Origin: Chlorokybus atmophyticus
Taxonomy: Eukaryota > Plantae > Mesostigma and Chlorokybus algae
Assembly (NCBI GenBank): GCA_009103225.1
Contig: RHPI01001116.1
Coordinates: 887,267-951,266, forward strand
Length of the DNA: 64,000 nucleotides
Reading direction: 5' to 3'
Of the stretch, positions 52,441 through 64,000 are shown piece by piece; the first letter of the stretch is position 1, and every line of letters starts with the position of its first letter. A program made the translations under genes and the position numbers. The notes below the pieces were generated by a model, which was not told the origin of the DNA, made no database searches, and saw only the letters and a program-made list of their open reading frames with translations.

Positions 52441-53200
52441 GACGTTCATATAAACTATATAAAGCACCTGCGACTAATGCTCAGTGTGCGTGCGAGACAC
52501 ATGCGTGCTTACGTGCGTGTGCGTGTTTGTGCGAAAGCGCGCACGGACGAGAGAGAACGAGCTTAAACGAGACAGTTACTGGCGTAGGTTGGTGGACACT
52601 CGTATTCTCTTGGATGGAGTGCCAAGGTCTTGCGCGAAAGCTTCGGCATTGTGGCCTACATGGGGTAACTGTCAAAAACAATACGTACAAGAGATCGCTG
52701 CGTGCGTGCGTGCGCATGTATGCATGTATGAGTGTGTGTGCGCGCGAGGGCGTGCGTGCGTGTGTGTATGTATATGCGTGCGTGCGTGCGCGCGAGAGTG
52801 TGTGCGTGCGTGTGCAGGCACTGCCAGCATTACCGCATTTTTGCTGCTGCTCCTGCACTTGTTGCAACCGCGAAACTGCGGCGGGAAAGAGCTTGACGCT
52901 GCGACCACGCATTTGCGGTTGCAGCGTCCAGCTCTTTCCCGCCGCATTTTTGCGGTTGGTTGGGGGTTGGGTGTGGGTGGGTGGGTGAATGCACGTGCAC
53001 ATGAGGGTGTGCTCTGATGTGTGTTTGCATGATGCTCTCTGAAAGATGATAAGTGTTGAAGTGCAACATGCATATGCACACACGCGCAGGGGGATGCGCA
53101 AGCGTACATGCGCGCGTGAGTGGGCACACACATACAGAATGTCAAGTAGGTCCAATGCATAGGCTTCTAAACATACGACAATGCACAACTAAGCACAAGC

Positions 53201-53780
53201 CACAGCCAACAGCAGTCACAGCAGGAGAGGTGCAACATCAGGGTTTACAATCACACACGTCGCAGCCGTACGGCTTAAGCCTACGACAGGTGTGCTCAGC
53301 TCAGTATGTAAAAAACCTAATGCCACACATCCTACCAAGCACACGCACAACCAACAGCAGTCACAGCAGGAGAGGTGCAATACCAGGGTTTACAATCACA
53401 CACATCGCAACCTCACAGCGCAGGCCTAAGACAGGCGCCCTCAACTCAGTATATGAAAAACTTAATGCCACACATCCTATCAAGCGCACGCACAGCCAAC
53501 AGCAGTCACAGCAAGAGAGGTGCAACACCGAAGTTTACAATCACACACGTCGCAGCCTCACGGCTTAGGCCTAAGACAGGTGCGCTCAGCTCAGTATATA
53601 AAAAGCCTAATGTCACACATCCTACCAAGCACACGCACAGCCAACATCAGTCACAGCAGAAGAGGTGCAACACTAGGGTTTACTATCACACACGTCGCAG
53701 CCTCATAGCGCAGGCCTAAGACAGCGCGCGCTCAGCTCAGTATGTGAAAAACCTGATGCCACACATCCTACCAAGCACGC
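53201..53780. repeat. Tandem satellite, 4 x 145 bp
   Basis: Units start at 53201, 53346, 53491 and 53636 (CACARCCAACAKCAGTCACAGCA..GAGGTGCAA..TTTAC.ATCACACAC..CCACACATCCTA.CAAGC), with substitutions and no net length change. Confidence 0.95.
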
Positions 53781-55519
53781 GTATGCAAGGCAGCATGAGG
53801 AGATAAGGGGGAGGTGGGGGGGGATATCAAGGGTGAATAGCCATACAAGGCTTTAGGGTTTGAGGGGCTGCCGCCACCGCCCTGATCTGGCCGCACCCTA
53901 AGCAAACCAGGTCAATCAGTCAGGGCAGCAAGGCAATGCACGCGCAAACAAGAAGACTGTGCAAAGCACCCCCTTTCCCCACAACATAATACACATGTGC
54001 GTGGGTGAGTGAGTGGGTCTCTATATCGTGTGCGCAAGGGTGGCGCGAGTATGTGCGTGTGTGCGCACAAGTGTGCCAGCGTGCATGCCCGTGTGCACAC
54101 ACATGCGTATGCGCTTGCGTGTTGGTGGCTGTTTCCACACGCTTGTGTGTCTGCTATTGCATGCGCGTTTATAGGCACAATGTACAAGTGACCGCATGTG
54201 CAAGGCAATGTGCGTGCAGCTTGCTTGCGCCCATGAAGTGTGTCGCTAAGACCTAAACACAAGTCACCTTGCCCTGGCCGCCGCCCTGGCCTGGCCTTGT
54301 AGCCCTGGTCCGGCCTGATCTGGCCGCCCTGAAAGTAGAACTGGGCGGTCAAGCGGCATGCACAGGCAGGAGGGGGGGNGGGGGGCAGATCAGACGTTGA
54401 GTTGTAAGTAATGAAAAATGAAAAACACAATCGCTCACCTGCCGCCGGCCTGGCCTGGTCGTGCCGCCTGAGGATAGGTCCACGCCGCTGCCTTGCCGCC
54501 GCTTCTACTTAGGCTATTAGGGATTCTAGCCGTTGAACGGAACTGTCGTTGTACTTACTCAACCAACCTTTCGATTCAATTTGGATTCTGTGGAAATATC
54601 TCAGCGGTCAGGGACAGCTGAAGTAGCTTGATCGACGGTTGTAGATGGCTAAATAGTAGCTACGCCCCCCTCAATGCCCTCGATCGGCGGTCAGGGATAG
54701 CTGCGCTCGGCCGTCCCTGAGCGTTCGCGTTCTGAGGAGTGTCAGGTTCTCTTAATAAGATCAAGGTAATCCAGCTCAGACTCCCTCCCAGCGATGGTGT
54801 TTTGGTGGGCGTGGGCGTGGCGGTGGCGCGGCGGCGGGGGAGCACTCGGGGTGGGGGCGGCCGTGGGAGCGAGGTACGGTCGAGGTGAGAGGGAATCGCC
54901 ACGGGAAAGCGGCCGGCATCTGCCTGCGGCCTGAGGAGCCTCTGAGCCCCGCCGTGAGCCGCAACACTCTGCCATCATAGCAAGCCGGCAAGCAGTGAGG
55001 GCTCAATTGTGTGTGTGCTTGCTCGCTTAACTAGGCGACGTGTTCGCAATGCTGCTTTGCTTTGCTGTTGCAAAATGTTGTCCAATGATAACGTCAGCGC
55101 CTACATGCCGAGTGCTGCGTGTGCGTCCTAGCGTCAGGTTGTGTGGTGTCTACGTGGCGGATTATCAAACTATGCGTATTATGTCTATCTTACTACAACA
55201 CGGTTCATGACACTGTTGGTGTTCCGGCATGATTGTAGCCTGTCGTTTCATTTGTTGACTTTGGTTGTCTATCTGTTGGTCTGCTCGCTGCTTGCGCCAA
55301 GCCTTAAGGTTCTGGTCACAGTTGTGAGCAAGCAGGAGCAGTAACGTACGCATGCGTTACGCATGCCAATCATATTCACACCAGTTCGTTAGAGCGATTG
55401 CCGCTCACTGGTTGGCGTTCAGCTTACACATGGAATACCATAGACTGCAGTTGCGTAAGCAATTCTCATGCAGCGGTGGCTGGCTGGCTTGCATGACCCA
55501 TATGGCTTAGTGCTGTGCT

Positions 55520-56730
55520 GTAGTGCTTTGTTCTATGCACGGTTGCATCGTGTTGTTGTTGCAAATGTTAACTGCAACTGACATGGTCAACTCTAGGTAC
55601 ATGGACTGTCTCGAACCTACCACTGCACCAAGTTCTTCACCATCGTGTGGGACTTCTACAAGCCACAGCACAGGTGGTGCCAGCAGCTGCCTGTCCCCTA
55701 TAGGAGATTCTTCTGAAAGCAGCATGCAAACTGTCGGCTGGCATGATCAGGACAACAGCGGGTTAAGCACAGCAAATGCTGTACGGTCACGTGGCCCACA
55801 TTACATGCCTGAAGATGGCATCTATGGTGACGGCCCAAGTAAGTTCACACAAGTGAGTGTTAGTGCTTAGCACATATGTTAATAACATATCTGTCATGCA
55901 GATATGTTAGACGTCTACTTTCGGCTGTTCTATTTAACCGATCAGGAGCCACTATCAGCAGTGCGGCATGTGGCCATAAAGTACTGTGACAGGTTTGATT
56001 GCTACAAAATGACGCGCACCGTGGCTGTTGCAATCCTGCTGGACGATGCCATGTGCGAAACAAGTGAGCATGTTGATCCGTCAAGTCCACCCCGTCCTTG
56101 GCACCTGTTGTTGTTGCAGTAGTTCGTCGGTTTATACTGTCTCTTTCAGAGTATCTTGAGCACATCTGGGAGTATAATAACAGATTTCTGGACGGGTACC
56201 CCGGGTTTGAGATGTGAGTACTTTTACTGCCTTCAGCCGTTGCAAGACAGCTGCCATGATGTGCTCGTCCTCATGCATGTGCGGGATTCAATTATTTTGC
56301 TTGTTTCCTTGCTTGTCTAGGTATTTTACACGGCGCCACAACTTCCATTACATTGGCAGTGGCTTGCCATTCCCAGACAGTCACTGGAGCAAACCCTTGG
56401 AGGCGACTGTAGGACCCCCTGAAGGTTTGGATGCAGTGCTGGTCTAGTTGGACCATTGCAAAGTGCGGTGTGCATCAATTTATATGGCCCGGCATGGCAG
56501 GCTATGTGCCTAAGAGATGCTGGCCACCATTGCCTCTGCTGAAAAGGCCAGTTTTCGAGAGTGGCTGCCTCTTCTTCAGAGATTACTACTTACGTGGCAG
56601 GATAAAAGGCAACGTTCCCTGGTTTGCGTATGTGCATACAGGGTGTGTTAATCGTCCTTTGAAGGACTGTACGCTGACACACGAGGAACTGGAAGACAAC
56701 TATTGGGACATGCTTGGCATCAGGCCCTGA
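55520..56730 (+). pseudogene. Multi-exon unidentified gene or pseudogene
   Basis: Splice-bounded segments GPHYMPEDGIYGDGPSKFT, DMLDVYFRLFYLTDQEPLSAVRHVAIKYCD, EYLEHIWEYNNRFLDGYPGFE and YFTRRHNFHYIGSGLPFPDSHWSKP. A shifted frame then follows: VHQFIWPGMAGYVPKRCWPP..FFRDYYLRG..DNYWDMLGIRP*. Confidence 0.4.
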
Positions 56731-56764
56731 CAAACTAGGTGATAACAAAAGCACTAGCTGAACC

Positions 56765-56960
56765 GTACGCTGCTGGGCTGCTTGGTTGTAGGCTTGATGG
56801 AGCTGAGGGCTCAGGGCTGGAGAGGGCTTGGGCTGCTGTGGCGTGCATGCTGTGTGCAATTGGTGGTCGGTTTACTGAGCTTGAGCAGCTTGTTTCCAGC
56901 AGCGGCAACAGCACAGTAATAGGGCCCTTGCTGAAGCTTCCAGGCTGCTGCTAGTGCTCC
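56765..56960 (+). repeat. Dispersed repeat shared with 38520-38720
   Basis: Same conserved blocks as the 38.5-kb copy. Confidence 0.85.
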
Positions 56961-57061
56961 TGCTCCTCTGTGGAAGGGCAAGCAATGCTGGCGCCATTGG
57001 CAGATGTTGACACTGCAGAAGAGACTGATAACGCGGAGTTCTACCAGGCTCTGCTGGGAGG

Positions 57062-57309
57062 TTGTGGCGACAAGTGCGGCACCTACAACTGCGGATTGAG
57101 GTAAGCAAGCTATGATTAAACTTCATTCACCCTCGTTTCTGACTGCACGCATTCGCCCGCACCACATAACCCTTATATAACCCTTTTACAACAAGGAGCT
57201 TGTGGCGACAAATGCGGCACCTACAACTGCGGATGGAGGTAAGCAAGCTATGACTAAACTTCATTCACCCTCGTTTCTGACTGGACGCATTCGCCCGCAC
57301 CACATAACC
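57062..57309 (+). repeat. Tandem duplication with a 138-bp period that includes a donor site
   Basis: TTGTGGCGACAARTGCGGCACCTACAACTGCGGAT.GAG|GTAAGCAAGCTATGA..GCACCACATAACC starts at 57062 and 57200. Confidence 0.92.
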
Positions 57310-60300
57310 GTTTTTGTCATCTCACTCTTCAGCTTTCACGCAAAGGCGAGGACCAGGACACAAGGTTGTGGAGGGCACGCAAGGGCCGCAAGGATGGAGG
57401 ACATTGTGCAGGACCCCCTTGTTGGCTTAGTGGCATCGCAGCCAGTGAAGGTGTTGCTCATGGCTAGCCAGCTGTTCTCAAGGCTATTTGGTGGCGGGCA
57501 AAATGAAGCACTGCAGGTGAATTGACGGTTGGGAGGAGAGTTTGTTTGGTGTTCGTGCGACAAACTTGCTTCGTATGCGGCTGGAGCACGCATGTGGTGA
57601 ACAAATTTAAGTAGTAGTAGCCACCGGAACAGTCATCTTTGATGCCCCAATGCAAGTGCAACAAATGCGGTGGTGGTTTGCATCCGTTCATGTTGCTGTA
57701 CATGAGCATGGCAAAAGCTTGATGGCCGACTCAAGTAGCTCTTGTTAGCAAAGGCTATGATGCCTTGCCAGAGTGCTTGCAGTCCAATGCTAGTACCAGT
57801 GATTGCTGTGTTGTTGCAATGATGCGAAACATCGCATTCACTCTGAAGCTGTACCATGTATGCACTCCGCCAGTGCTTGCAATCAGTGTCACCAACCCAT
57901 GCCAAAGCAAAGCATTTGCCTGTTTCACACCAGAGGACTTATTCCCAATGCATCATGGCGTGTAGCTGGTAAGCTGCACCAAGAGTCTTTTGCTGGAAGG
58001 CGGATTGTGTTGGCTACAAGCTTGTCCAATGTCATGGTTCGTGATTCATGGACACAACGCATGAAAAAACGCAAGTAAGAGACAGGCAAAATGATGATCA
58101 AATGCAATTGACAGCGATCCTCAGCCGCTAGCAGCTGCATCAGGCTGCTAACAGCAGCAGCAGCAGCACTCGTCAGGCGGCGGCGGCGGCGGCGGCGGTG
58201 GTATCTTTGGGGTCGTTGTGGGTGTTGGTTGGGGCTCGAATACACTGACAATGCTGGCGGCGCAGCTGAGACTGTGCGTGCACGCATGCGTGTGTGTGCA
58301 GGCAGGAGCGTGAGCATCGACATTGTTGACAGGCCAATGTTCCGCGGTCGCAACAAGATGCGCAAGGAGGATGGCATTCTCCACGACGTCTTCGTTGTAC
58401 TTAGTGTTGGTCTGTGCTGCATTGTTGCACAAAGCATGCAGCCTGATTGACCACACTGTGAATTGCTTGAGCCGTTGAATTCATAACTACAAATAAAAAA
58501 CATACTGCGATAGCTCTAATGTAAACGACTGAAACTTGTGTGTTCACAAAGTTGCGCGAGATCAGCAGTTTTGGAACCCCTCAACGCCAGGTTTTGCTTG
58601 GAACAGCTGCGTTATTACTGTCTTCGGCCGGATGTATGCATTCGTGATTGGCACCAGCCGTTGTATATCAACAACAGATGGGGTTCATGCAGTATGTTGC
58701 ACACCATTCACAGGTGCAGTTTGGCGGTGAAGCTGCGTTTTACAAGGAGTACTACGCGCCATTTCTAACTGCGGTGAGGCCGCTGATAGCTACGTTGACG
58801 GGATGTGCGCCTCAGAGCACGCCAGTGTCGTCTTTCAGTTGTTGTCTTTGCCATACACTGTCACCACTGATGCTCAGGAAGTGCAGTGGCATGCAGTGCC
58901 AAAAGACATGCCAGCGGGCCGGCCGAGAAAGACGCCAATCAGCGCTTTAACGTTGGGTCTGGCAGGCCCGAGTCACGCCACCCTTTTACGGAAGAGGAGC
59001 AAGAAGAAAATTATTGAAGCCAGGGAGATAGTCGGCGGGAACAGATGGCTAGAAATATAGCCCTATTTCTCCCCCACAGGTGAATTACGCCTGTGCATGC
59101 ACTGGATACCTCGGTGTAGCTGTTCGCACATCATGTTGAGTTGCTCCTCAAGCCATCAAGAAGCATTGGCATGCCAACTTCAAGGCGAAGCTTGAACGTG
59201 AATCAAATCAAAGGCTTTAATGAAGGGCTTCCGAGAGGGCCTTTGGTGACAGTGGTAGCCTCAGCAGCCCCCCACTTGCAAGCAAACCAGCTACGCCCAA
59301 GTTGAGGCAATCAAGCAAACGGGGCAGACGCGTGCCGGATGAGGAGGAGGAGCTCCGAAGCGGCGATATCAGTCGCACCAGGGCGGTGTACGACAGGCAC
59401 TATCTCTGGTGACATGCTGTTGCCTTTGCACGTTGGAAGTACCAACTGAAATACGTTGGTTGTCCAATGATCTCATGTGTATGATCATAGGCGGTTGACG
59501 GAGTACCGAAAGCGTGCAGCTGAGATGTCGGGATTGGGAGGACGTTTGCCTATTGTGCAAAGATGGAGGTGAGGTGGTAATGGGCGATTATGCGCACAGG
59601 CAGGATAATGGCACAAGCGCCGCTCCTCCTGACAGCCAGCAGCGTTCTCCTTGCTGATAAAGTCACCATCTGAGCATGTGTTTGCGTGACGTCGCACACA
59701 GTGCATACAAGCAGGCTGCAGCACAACCTCAAGCCGCAAGGGCATTCCAAAACCGCAAAGGTGCTTACCTTACCTACAACATGCACGGCCCTCTGCCTGG
59801 AAGTTGGCCTAGCTAGCTCACTCAGATGCAAGCTGCCGCTGGTGCCATGAGCATACCACAAAAGCCAGTAAGCGCCTGCCCCCCTCCCCACAAAGCAATA
59901 GCAGCACCAAGCCTGCGCGCGCTCTCTCGCACACAGAGAGACGGCAGTGCAAACTGGTTCAGCCGGCAGCGTACCCGCAGCTGTCGTTCACTTACTCTCT
60001 CTCTCCCGCCCGTCCTGCTGATGCGCCGCTTGAGCCGTTGTTGGCAGGAGCGGCCTGCAAAGTAGCATGCAATGCTGCTTGCGGTTTCAGTCCGTCATAT
60101 TGCCAGCCTAGGCAGTGGGCATGCAAGCAGCGCACCGAGATGAGCTGTGCTCGACTCACTCGCACACCGCATATGTTCTGTTCAACGATAGAACACAACT
60201 TGGGCCAGGTGGCAAAGAGAGATTGGCTGAGCGCCACTCCGCCAGTTTTGCAAGCTGCAAGCATGCATGCCAGCACGCATGCATGCGTGCTTGCATGCAT

Positions 60301-62534
60301 GCGTGCGTGCGTGCTTGCTCTTTCCAGCAGCGGTCATCACATGCGAAGGCTGGATGCTGTTTGCGCTTGATTGAACAGCGTGTGGTGACTCATCGGTGCT
60401 CGTATATGGCTTTGGACGGCACTTGCATCATGCGTATAGTCGCTGCAGAGAGCTGCATGCGGCGTCCATACACACACACACGCGCCTTTCTTGTTGGGGT
60501 CATATTCTTCAATTAGGTTCAAGCACTTGAACACACAACATGCAGATAGCAACGCTGACTAATCTTTGCTGAGTAGGTGAGCACTTGCCGCACGTCATTG
60601 TGACCAATACTGGCGACCCATTGCAACAAGAGCCACTGGCCCAGTGCCGGGCATGCATTGCATGCAGGCAGCAGCGGCAGCTTCACCCCACAAGCGATTG
60701 GCAGCTTTGCTGCAGAGACAACAAGCCTGTACGAGAGAAGCATGAAACACAGCATATGGGACGGATACCCGCTTCCTGTAGCGTCACAGTCATGACACAA
60801 CTAGGTGCGCAAGTTGCGCTGCTGCTGCTGCTGCTTGCGCACCTGAATATCTCACAATCAGCAGCACGAATGACCTGCAAGCGGTTCCTCCTCCTCCTCA
60901 GGCTCCTCCTTCTAGATCTCCTCTTCCTCATAGGCTGGCTGTCCTCCCTCCTGCACAAAGTGGACGCCTCGGCCTTCAACCCCGCATCGGACATGCCGGA
61001 ACACATCTGGTGGGCACCTCCCTCGCTCTCCCTCACATTCGTGCGAGGGTCCACCTGCAAGACCCCCCCCNNNNNNNNNNNNNNNNNNNNNNNNNNNNNN
61101 NNNNNNNNNNNNNNNNNNNNNNNNNNNNNNNNNNNNNNNNNNNNNNNNNNNNNNNNNNNNNNNNNNNNNNNNNNNNNNNNNNNNNNNNNNNNNNNNNNNN
61201 NNNNNNNNNNNNNNNNNNNNNNNNNNNNNNNNNNNNNNNNNNNNNNNNNNNNNNNNNNNNNNNNNNNNNNNNNNNNNNNNNNNNNNNNNNNNNNNNNNNN
61301 NNNNNNNNNNNNNNNNNNNNNNNNNNNNNNNNNNNNNNNNNNNNNNNNNNNNNNNNNNNNNNNNNNNNNNNNNNNNNNNNNNNNNNNNNNNNNNNNNNNN
61401 NNNNNNNNNNNNNNNNNNNNNNNNNNNNNNNNNNNNNNNNNNNNNNNNNNNNNNNNNNNNNNNNNNNNNNNNNNNNNNNNNNNNNNNNNNNNNNNNNNNN
61501 NNNNNNNNNNNNNNNNNNNNNNNNNNNNNNNNNNNNNNNNNNNNNNNNNNNNNNNNNNNNNNNNNNNNNNNNNNNNNNNNNNNNNNNNNNNNNNNNNNNN
61601 NNNNNNNNNNNNNNNNNNNNNNNNNNNNNNNNNNNNNNNNNNNNNNNNNNNNNNNNNNNNNNNNNNCCCCCCGGGTAATGTGACACAGTGTCTGCTAAGA
61701 CTGCAAGTTGTCCACCAAGATGCATGCTGACTCCGCCCAGCGTTCAGCCACACTGCAATGCACATTCCGTTAGACTTGAGTACTGAAGTTGTTTCATGCG
61801 AGGAGGTGAAGCGGTTTGGCAGGGTTTGACAGTTTGGCGCGTCGTCGCCATACACACACTCATATCATGCCATGAAGGACATGAATGCGAGGTGGGTAAC
61901 AGTGGGGGAGTTTCAGGGCGAGTACAGGAGCGAGTGTGCTTGGGTTGGGGTGATGTCTCGAGTGTGTACACACTCAGTATTTGTTGTCCAGCCACAACCG
62001 GAGCACGTGCGTGGGTATGCCTGCGAGCGCGCGCGCGCGTGCGGTGTATGAGTGTGTGTATGCGCGCGCGTGGGTGCGGTCACGAGGGTGCGTGTGTGCC
62101 TTGATATCGCAGAGTGCCTGCAGGGAGAGCTGGCTGCAGCGGTTGAGTATCTCCGGCAGCATGGCGCAACAGTTGAGGCAGCGCAGCTCGACCGCAACAG
62201 TGTGCGTGTACGCGGACACGCCGTCCATGTTGGCGTCGTCCTTACTGCCAAGCTGTCGCTTTCCAGGGCATCCCTCTGCGCCCATCCAACATAAGTCCGT
62301 CACCTTGTTGGCAGTTGTAGCATTGTTATATTGTTGTGGTGTCACGCTCTGACAACGCACAAGGCTTGCAACTGCTTCACGCGTCTGATAGCCGCATTGA
62401 ACACGACCGCCTTCGAAAGAGTGGAGGAAGAGACCTACTTAAAGCCAGCTTTGACGATGAAACTTGCAGCAGATACTTCACATAGGCTGTTTGGCAGCCA
62501 GCATTCAATGTGGAGTCATGTTATGTGCATGTGT

Positions 62535-63800
62535 CTCACCGTATCACCTTGCAAGAGCACGCGCAAGCCGTTAATTCCTATCACTTCGCTTCTTGAAATC
62601 ACACGACTCATGAGTGCCTTTGCTAACTTACCCATGCACCTCATATAAACCTCCTGTGCAAGATGATGCTCGCCCTGTCATCGACAGCGTGTTGAAGGTG
62701 TGATTAATGCTCGCACCGCGCCTTTTGAGTGCCGGCATTCGTAGACTATGGTTGTGGGGATTGCTGGGGGCGGTTTTATTGTCGTCGGCACCCGGGGAGG
62801 CGTCCCCTCTGGGATGATTATGCATAGCTTGACGTGCGCGCTGCGCCAGCTGTATTTATCTGGCACACACGCGTTGAGCTCCCAAAGTGCTGTACAAATG
62901 CACGTTAGGCGTTTCTGCGTGGGTGCGTGGGTGCGTGCATGCGTATAAGTAGTGCAAGCACGCGTGTGCGCACCTTTATACAGGCATCAGTGACGCCTGC
63001 ACTGTTGGGAGACAGAGAGCAAGTGTGCGCGTGTATGTGTGCTCGCGCGTTCGCGTGCGCACGTCCGTGTATGCATGTGCCAGCATGTGGGTGTCTCTGT
63101 TGTGCTCGCAAGCGGGTGCATGCATGTGAAGATTGGCTTATACCTTGCCTTCTTAAGAGAGGGGATGAGTGGAGAACCTCAAGTGCGATGCAGCTGTAGG
63201 AAAGTCTGATGCTTCAGGCAATGCATCACCTTCTCAGGGCGCAGGCTGCGCCCTTGACATGGTTGTTGTGACTCCTGAGACAAGTATGCACAAAGATGTG
63301 CTGCATTTATCACAACCACGGATACAACTTGGAGCCAACAGCTATTGACTTCTCTCCGTGCTAAATAACGTGCCGCCGCTGTGCTCCCAGCAAGCAGCGC
63401 CTAACGAAAGAGAACACAACATACGAGTACATTTGTTTGAGTACATAAAGACACATCCATGCAAGCAGGCGTACAGATACACTTAATGCACAACCATGCA
63501 TGCAAACAGCACATCAATGCCAAAAGTAACTGAGCACCTGCGACACAGTCATCAAGAACATCTTACAATTCAAGACAAACGCTTAGGTTGAAGTTCATCC
63601 ATCATCTCTTGCTGCATCTTCAGTAAAGCGTGTAGCATGTCCATCGTTTGTTGTTGCCCATTGAGCAAACTTTTCATGTTGTCCTGCAACTCTTCCATTT
63701 GCGACGTGAATTGACTCTCGAAAGGCTTGCTTTGAGACAAGGCTAGTGCGGCCTTGTTCTGTGACAGCTCCTGCGAAGTCACAGCTGCGGGCATCATCCT
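62535..63800 (-). repeat. Copy of the coiled-coil family (leader likely beyond the window)
   Basis: Colinear with 41620-42620. The upstream coiled-coil ORF 63570-63797 ends ..QEMMDELQPKRLS*, echoing the L[QEK]P motif of the other copies; that link is weaker. Confidence 0.65.
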
Positions 63801-64000
63801 GTTGACAACAGCATCTTGTCAAGGGCAACGCATTCATGGGTGTTGCGCACGTCAGAGCAAACCGCGCTCATGCACTTAAAACTGAGAACATAGCATATGG
63901 CTTGCCTGTGTGCCTTGGGTGTACAGTTGCTGATGATAGTGTGCCAACAACACACAAGTCAGGTCAGTCGCTCAGCGCCAGCCAAAATTGCCTGTTGGTG

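Noticed and set aside
53850-53865. Interstitial telomere (TTTAGGGTTT)
   Set aside because: A single unit, not an array.
41028-61855. Long ORFs containing X runs (41-42 kb, 48.5-49.8 kb, 50.8-51.2 kb, 60.6-61.9 kb)
   Set aside because: They span N-gaps and dinucleotide repeats, so their length is artefactual.

Overview
Intron-rich eukaryotic nuclear DNA with GT-AG introns, abundant (CA/GT)n and (GA)n tracts, and five N-gaps. Gene content (ACR11/12-like, plastid-type arogenate dehydratase, flagellar DRC3) points to a flagellate-capable green alga; this is an inference. The first ~18 kb holds mostly conserved genes: ACR-like (+), ADT (-), ATM1-type ABCB transporter (+), an orphan ~400-aa gene (-) and DRC3 (+). 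From 21.3 to 29.2 kb lies an immunity-like locus. It comprises an ankyrin-TIR-NB-ARC-LRR gene (intact P-loop and TIR catalytic Glu, MHD replaced by VPD, ~16 LRRs with recent 216-bp block duplication) directly downstream of a same-strand gene whose N-terminus resembles an MLKL/RPW8/HeLo-type helical bundle. Splice-phase-compatible sequence bridges the two genes. The remainder (30-64 kb) is accessory DNA. It includes a dispersed family of leader plus coiled-coil modules (one copy carries a prokaryote-like PD-(D/E)XK-type domain), a decayed DxxH-type DDE transposase (Dada-like), a 145-bp satellite, AT-rich islands with hairpins, and fragments of unidentified genes. Gene models were spliced by eye; no database search was run.
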